Source: Bugula neritina (taxonomy: Eukaryota > Animalia > Bryozoa). From it: a stretch of 64,000 bases of DNA. The notes beneath the pieces are model-generated. The model searched no databases, was not told the origin of the DNA, and saw only the letters and a program-made list of their open reading frames with translations. The stretch is taken from contig OZ037770.1 in the NCBI GenBank assembly GCA_964035545.1, positions 14,250,642-14,314,641 of the forward strand, given 5' to 3'. The position numbers and the translations under genes are program-made. This document shows positions 54,378 through 64,000 of the stretch, in pieces. Every line of letters starts with the position of its first letter. Position 1 is the stretch's first letter.

Positions 54378-57300
54378 ATGGCTAGATGTATCCAGGTATC
54401 CGCTAAGCAGCTGGTACTTCTGCTAGTGGTAACCTTGGCTGGACTTCTAGTCATTCTACACAATAATACGAATACAGCATTTCCAAGATTGTCTTATGCA
54501 AGGCTTTTAGAGAATAAAGTTGACCTATCAAAATTAGCAACAGGTAAATTGTCTTTCTATAATCTATACTATATAAAATCATAGCCGTATAGTATATGTA
54601 TAGAAAAGGCCTGTGTTCTAGATTGAAAATGTAGCAAAAGAAATTAAGCTCTCGCAATAATTTCAACCTAACCAAAACTTAAAATTGAAAAACTTAGGCT
54701 ATCTCAGTTTCTCCACTACTGCTCCTTATAAATGTCATTTTGCAGGCTCCGTTTTCTAGAAAAATAATTCGTTGTTTCTTAGCTTTAATATTATTTATAA
54801 ATGACCTTTTTTAGAAAATGTTATAGGCAATTAAACTTATAACCCTCCTTGTTACATGGTATTTTATCAGTCACCTAGCTATTAAATTTAAGAATGTGTT
54901 TATATTTTAATCCATAAAGTGTATTATTTTTAGTGTATACTAATTCTAATTTACCTATTTGATTGTTTTAGGTTTATGCATGTTATTTATGCATGTTTTA
55001 TTTGTATAAATATAATATCTTATATCAAGTAAGGCAATGTGATATAATTAATCATTTTCCTCGTAAAAATCTGAAAAGTAAACTAATTTAATCTTACATA
55101 GATAATAAACACAAGTGATAATATTTTTGTCTCAGTTATCAAACTTACAGCTCAAAATTCTTTTTCTTTGGTTAAAATGGCTGTCTGACAACTCGCAGAT
55201 GAAAAATTTAAGAAATTAAATTGTGCATCAGCATACACTATTTTCCCTAAATTTCTGCTTATTTAAGACTTGCACACTTGTAAAGAAATTGAAAGCCCAT
55301 TGCATCTTGAGGGCTAAAGTTTGCAGTAAAACGTTTAGTGTATACCTGTCATTTTCTTCATAATTTGAACACTGTTAAGTAGTTTAGCAGTTTGAAATGT
55401 TAAGTTTACTTTGCCTGTATTCTCCAAGCCGCCATGCGAGAGTCAGAATATATTTTAGTTTTACTAGGTAGGTGCCTCTGAATTATTTATTAGCATTTAA
55501 AAGCTATAATTTAAACTCTTTGAAAATCTATCTTAAGCTTATCTTTCAATAGAAGCAGCTAACTTAATATGAAAATAGCATTACTGATAGAATTATAATA
55601 TAAAGTTATTATAATTCCTTCTTTATTACTATACAAAACTTCCTTGGGGGGGGGGGGGGGCATACAAAGCTGTCATTGAGAGTTTATATAATAGCTTATT
55701 AGAGGATAGAAATATTAGCTGTCATTTATTTAAAGCATATGCGGATTTATTATTAGAAAATAATGCTAATTTTGACAATCGAGACTGATAACTTTGAAAA
55801 TGCAAAGTTTGCAAATTTATAAACCTAAAATGTCAAGTTTTTCAAACATGTTTTTAATCATTGCATAAACTCATGTTTCTTACAGCATGCACAGGTGTAC
55901 AAATATAAGTTAAATAATGCACAGATCTAATGCAAGAGTAAGAAGCATCTTACCATGATTTGTCGACTATAGATTTGACCTTGACATGAACTTTAGGTCT
56001 TGGCTGCTTTTAGTTGATGAAAGGTTGGTGAGAGGAGAGAGGACAGTAGAGATGTTTCCATGCCCTAAGAGCATAGGTGAAAATTTCACCTGCCAATATT
56101 ATAGACCTGCATGGGAAAACAGGACAGATATTAAGAATGTTCTAGAAGAAAGAATGAACAGAATTAGGTATTTATATGTAGTTTACTTATATTATGTTTT
56201 GAAGAAGACTTACATATACTGTGATTATATGTTTTGAAAAAGACTTGCATATACTGTGATAAACAAATAGCACTTGACATATAATCATGAAGATATATAC
56301 AAAATTACAGACACTATATATTCGAAATAAATAAATGCAGAAACAATGAAAACCAAACAAATAATGTTTCTCACTTGTGGGGATTATGTGTTCCTGCTTT
56401 TAGAGCTGCTGCTACTTCATCTATTATACAAGCCTTAGCAATGACACATAGACAATTTAGTCTATTCCACTACATCTACTTTTTATAGTTTTAAATGTTC
56501 AAGCTTAAAGAACTCTGCAAAAAAATGCCAAATGAGATAGATTAATAAATTTATTTTATAAATTACATTTTTATGTTGGCTCATAAAACCATTCATGATA
56601 TAATTTTATTATAATTTAAAGATACTATTAAGTTAGTTAAATAGTATTTCACAGTCTATAAGGCGATTGCCTATTGCCAGTTGCTAGTTACTAGCTATTA
56701 GTTATTATTTTTAAGTTGCCAGTTATTAGTTATCAGTTGCTTCACACTGGCCTGAAGTTGTGGTAAGCAAAGTTGAAAGTTAAATTTTTTTTTGCGTTTG
56801 TATTTAAAGGATCAAGCTGAAATATTTTGGTCTGCTGTGTTTCAGATCAGTATGCAATGCTTACTACCCTCACCTGTTCAACACGTCTCTCTCCAGATTT
56901 GGTACTAAGGCCAACAGCAGAACAAAAACAGTGAGTCTGATTGAGCTATTTATACTTTTTAAAATCTATTCTATAACTTATATACAACTATAACTTCAAA
57001 AATAAAAGTGCTGCAACAAGTATTTCTTTCACAGAGAATTTTTAAAAGTTCGAATTTGAAGCTTGGATTTTGCTTTATGCCAAAGATGGGATCAACATTT
57101 TGGAAGAGAGCCTGGGTTCCAGTGACGAACAGCAAAACAAAGTTTGGAAGGCTGCTTCCTGTACTGAGGACATCAGCTAAACCTTCAGCTACTCAAGTAA
57201 AACTCTATTATTTCTTAGTAGTTTCAATAATATTTTTGAAAATGTGTCATATAATATAATTTTATATTATAATATATGTGATGGTTGAGTGTTGAGTTTA

Positions 57301-59069
57301 CCCAGCAGTCCCCAGTAGTTTCGGAGGTCCCGGGTTCGAATCTGGGGGGGAGGCAAATTATTTTATAATAGTGATTCTGATGTAAGCATTAATTATTTGT
57401 TTGAACAACATTTGATGAACGATGTGATATAGTTTGATATGTTATATGATATAATATAATATAACATGATATATCATATCATATATGATATGGTTTGAGA
57501 CCACATAATATAATATAATATGATGTGATGTAATATAATATGATATATATCATATGACATAACATAGCGCATGTTATATTATATTATGTTATATTATAAT
57601 TATTATTATGATAATATTATATTTTGCATAGTATAATGGCTACACCGTGTACACGATATCGAGGAACCCCTGGCTGAGAATGGTCAGTGTATACAGAGAG
57701 AAATGTAGCTTTTTTCGGAATGGCAAGTATAGTCTAATTTTAGATCTCACTTTCATGTGAACTCCGCGGTTAAGTAAGTGAGTGGGTATATATCAGTTTA
57801 GCATTATTACGTCTTTTAGAATCCGAATCTAAGAGAAGTGTTATTCCTATAGGCTTTAAATCATACTTTGATGCATATTTCTTTTATTTTAATTGATACC
57901 AATTTCCTTAACACTTTCTTTAAATACCACAGAAACCTTATTATTTAATTAAATTTTGTATAAGAATTACATTTAAAATAAAACATGTAAAAATCAATTT
58001 CAGTTGCTTGACTTTTATATTTTTAAAGCTTTAAATTAAATCAATAATTTTCATCCGTCATTCTGTTTATATGTTTTTAAACCGAAACATGGCTTGTTGC
58101 AGGACGCTGTAAGCTTAACTTTGGTAAAAGGAAATGCGGCAAGTCGTTTGCAGAATTTGTAAAATGTTTTATCAAGATGTCATCTGTAGAAAAGACAGAG
58201 CGGTACGGCCACCTGGATGTGACGTACAGGAAGTGTTTGTTGTGCGATTACCCGTACAGATATGTCGGTAAGCCTATAGCGGGTACAGTTGTTGTACAGT
58301 GAAACTTCAATGCTCCATGCGTTACACATTTAAGCAGTATTTTGAAGTTTTTTAATAGTATTTCGAAACTTTAAAGGTACTAATTTTTTTATCAGAACAA
58401 AACATTTTGTTTTAAGAGTTATTTTGTATGCGGTATGTCTTTTGAGCCAAGTTGTTATTTACTTTTATAAATTGATGTGTTTTTGGAAATAGAAACGAAA
58501 CATTGCATCTTTTTGTATATATACAACTTCAGTTTTTTGATGTGTGTAGATTTCACAATAAAATATTAATGTTGACAGCTCATTTTATAGCTTTTTTAAA
58601 ATATAAATTTTATTTTTAATTTTTATTAAATTAAAATTAAAATAATTAATTAATTAATTATTCAATTAAATTAATATGGCTGCACGTTTGTACGATTCTT
58701 TTAAGTGGTCTATTATATCTATTATAGGTTTAGAAATATAGTATTGTAATGTAGTTTTCAATGTAGTTTTTATTTTGGCATAACATTGAAACATCATGGT
58801 CCGTTAATTTTTTAGTTTCTATGGAAAATATGGAAAAAGAAATGGAATACATACTCACTGAAGCGGGAGTTGTCAGTCCTATATCTATCATGAACAAAAT
58901 TCGCAATGCAACAATTCGAGAAGTAGAAAAGAAAAACCAAAACATTTCATATCTAAACTTTTGGAAGCAAGTGCCTTCTAAGTTAATAGATAAAGTTAGA
59001 TTTTATTATAGATATGAGATATTCTTGTTTCAGTATCCAGAGACTCCATTTTATATTGATAATCTATAA
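54378..59069 (+). CDS. Golgi carbohydrate sulfotransferase (Sulfotransfer_2; CHST8-14/HNK-1ST-like), ~358 aa
   Basis: Exons 54378-54543 (type II anchor), 56014-56167, 56846-56930, 57035-57196 (FCFMPKMGSTFWKR, 5'-PSB), 57632-57722 (RNPWLRMVSVYREK, 3'-PB), 58103-58267 (SFAEFV...GH...C..C..Y.YV), 58816-59069 (YRYEIFLFQY). Confidence 0.9.
57275..57365 (+). mobile_element. tRNA-derived SINE head (degenerate)
   Basis: B box gggttcgaatct preceded by ggaggtccc; no acceptor stem. Confidence 0.5.
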
Positions 59070-59863
59070 ATTGCAGTGTTACTGTCAGTTCCGATTTTTC
59101 ATTCAAGTACTTTATAAGTTTTATATGAAATCGTTTCCAAAAAAAGCCTTTTTCTCAAAACAAAGTCTACAATATTATCTTTGCTGGTTTATGTGATTTA
59201 CTGCTTGCTATAATGACAACAATATGGCCTCAGTATATGATGGCTATTCCTGTAATGTAATTCCATAAATTCCTTTATAAAATTGTCAACAAATCTGTAC
59301 AATCAGATATTAGTATTACCATCTTTCGCCAAGCCATTATACAAATTTACAAAAACAGTTCTTCTAGATGAAGAAACAGAAATGAACACTTTATTAGCAT
59401 TGTGCTATTTCTTGCGGTATAGACATCTACTTTCAGGCTCCAACTTGTGAATAATTATTTTTTCTAGAATCATTTTAATAATTTCAGAATGCACTGCAGC
59501 AGCCAGTTGCAGACTAATTTAGTAGTGTATATTACTCATTGCATTTGAAGAGTTTTTTCTTATTCAGATCGATTAAAACAATCAATTCGCTGCATATGTA
59601 GCATTTCACAGTAGATATCTATTGGCCTATTAATCCTGTTGTGTGTTTTATAGTTATATAGAGTGTCTTCTATCTGCAGTAAACATTATATATTATCTAT
59701 TTTACATATAGATAGTATAATTTGCAAAGCAAACTATTTGCATTACACCGGAACATACTGTACAGTAACTGAAGTACACATTATCTCTAATATTGTATTT
59801 CACATTACTTGTAATACAGTATTACACATTATTTGTTATACAGTATTACATAGTCTCTGTAAT

Positions 59864-60609
59864 ATGCCATTTTTGACTGATCATGGTCATCCCCGACAAG
59901 TTTTATCCTCCAAAAGTGGAATTTGATTAGTGGCGGCCATGTTGGCTGTCAGAGTAATACTATCAAACGTTCAAAAACTTGGTTTGGTTAAAGAGAATTA
60001 CAAGGAAGTCAGACTTGCTAAGTTCAACTGGAAAGGTAGAGTTGAATCAGGCATCAGTTATATATTAAACAAATTTAAGTTTAAAGAGTATTAGTATGAG
60101 AGTTTAGAAACAAAGTGTGCTAATTGAGTAGGTTTTGTTTGACCTTAGATTTATGTAGGATTAAATTTCAATTTGAAGCAGTTAGAAAATTAAGTAAGCT
60201 ATAGCCTATGTAGTATATGCATCAAAGGGTAGGGCTTTAAAACTCCATGTCAATATTTTTTTGTTTTTTCTTAGTTCTTCTTAAAATAACAAAACAACAG
60301 TGCAATTCTTTCAAAAACTGACTGCTTTCAGACACCATAGTAATACCCCATTTGATGCACCATTTCAATAATGTGACCGAATATGAAGAGCAACCAAAAG
60401 TAGATAACTCCAAAGAAACTAATCCAATTGGCAAAAAGCTGGAAGCTATAAAAAGGAAGAATCTACTGATAAAAAGAGAAAAAACAGTAAAGATGTTTCC
60501 ATGTCCTATAGGCTATAGGCACAGAGTTTACCTGCCAATATTATAAACCTGCATGGAAAAGCAGGACAGATATTAAGAATGTTCTGAGAGAAAGAATGAC
60601 TAGAATCAA
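59864..60609 (+). pseudogene. Truncated pseudogene paralog of the adjacent sulfotransferase (exons 1-2 only)
   Basis: 60482-60609 closely matches exon 56014-56167 (MFPCP...FTCQYY.PAW..RTDIKNVL.ERM.RI) but has a +1 frameshift at ctataggctataggc; the putative exon 1 (59864-60035) has an in-frame TGA; no downstream catalytic exons seen. Confidence 0.8.
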
Positions 60610-61630
60610 GTAAGTAAACAAATAAACAGATTATACAAACAATTGTTGTTTAGAAGCAGAAATTTAGGTGAGTATCTAAACATGCACAAGTCACAAATAT
60701 ATTTAGCCAGCTTTTCTGTGACCTTAGCTTCAGGTTGAAAGTTTGCTATGCGGATCTGTTAACAAATTTTGGCCCGTAAGTCACTCGGGGGCAGGAGCGT
60801 TTCCTGTGCAATTAGTAAATACATGTACCAGCACGCAGCAATGTTTTTTGTTCGTTTCATACAGATTTATCGCGTGCGATTGCAATAACCGCGCATTTGC
60901 GGAGTTATTTATTCGTGCAATTGTTTTATATACATGCGCTGACAACTCTTAAATACTTATAATATCAGTAATATTTATTTTTAATAACATTATAAATTTT
61001 CAAGGGTTATCAGGGCATAATATGTATAACAATGTCCTTTGTCATTGTCATATATATTCATTCAATGAATAAATTGTTAGTCAGCAAGGATAGCAACAAA
61101 AAACATAATGCATGTAAAGGCGAGTTGAATAACAGAAAACTCACAGTATATAAAGTGGAACAGATTCAATAATTGTGACTATAGATATGTATTACTTTAT
61201 TTTTATAAAATATTATCAATTAGCATATAAATGGATCTCTTTTTGTACCCATTCATGCATGCATCCTCTATAAGGCTCTGTGTCACATATTTTGACTAGT
61301 ATGATATATATCATAAAATAAACTGTGTGCTTAAACAAAATTTAAAAACTGTGTAAGTGTAAAAAGCAGATTCAAAACAGTAAAACAAAACTATACCAAA
61401 ATTATCACAATTAGCTTTAAAAGTGACAAAATGATTTTTATTTGCATGCATGCAGGTTGCCTAAATTTTGAAAAAAAACTCCATAACAAAAACAAAGCTA
61501 AAGTTAAAAAATATAACAATAAAGAATAAAGTGTCATCCTTTCTACATGCATTTTATTTTGAACAAATATTATATAACTTTTGTGTGTTACCTATTATAA
61601 ATACATTATTTTTTCAACTGCATACAGCAA

Positions 61631-63600
<1,970 letters not shown>

Positions 63601-64000
63601 CTGGTAATCATAATGAATTATAACTAGAGATACAATTCATCTCTTGTAATACTGAGGTCGAGCAGGAACGGGGGGGGGGAAATTGAGAAAAAAAATTTCT
63701 GTGTTTTAGATTAGTAGCAAAATAAGTTATGTTCTCACAAGAACTTCAACCTGCGCTTCAAACAAAATTTATAAAAAGATTTAAAAAACTTAGACTATCT
63801 CAGTATTTCTGCTCCTAAATGAAAATATTATAATAGGAAACACAATTATATTACCTACATATACTTTTAATCACCACATCGCCATGCTAAGCATTATTCT
63901 AATAGATTTTTTATTTGATGCATGGGGACAGTGTCATTCGAATGAAACAACAACCATAGGTTAACACCGCAAACACTAATCCATTCATCGAGGATCCATT

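Overview
AT-rich, intron-rich animal genomic DNA with long microsatellites; it looks like a marine invertebrate, but the taxon cannot be fixed from the sequence alone. No prokaryotic features, rRNA, true tRNA or CRISPR arrays were found. All gene models were assembled by hand from splice sites and exon phases. Genes: (1) the 5' half of a hexokinase on the minus strand, with two tandem, same-phase paralogous versions of the catalytic ND exon that appear mutually exclusive; (2) a ~781-aa type I membrane protein (signal peptide, F-type lectin/FTP domain, two FN3-like domains, TM, long basic tail) whose last exon is the 341-aa 'ORF' at 7941-8966; (3) an uncharacterised six-exon gene at 34.6-38.1 kb; (4) a ~690-aa astacin metalloprotease with a (PTTTTT)n mucin stalk and a MAM-like C-terminus; (5) a small type II membrane protein; (6) a Golgi carbohydrate sulfotransferase followed by a truncated pseudogene paralog; (7) the 3' part of a C1GALT1-like core-1 galactosyltransferase. 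Mobile DNA: a frameshifted APE-RT LINE, a TAA-targeting R4/Dong-like fragment, a Penelope-like fragment carrying an intact-looking hammerhead ribozyme, four GG...CC MITEs with 8-bp TSDs, tRNA-derived SINEs and a 54-bp retro-insertion with a 17-bp TSD. A degenerate 6-nt-periodic ACT/AGT-rich sequence type recurs next to inferred gene 5' ends.
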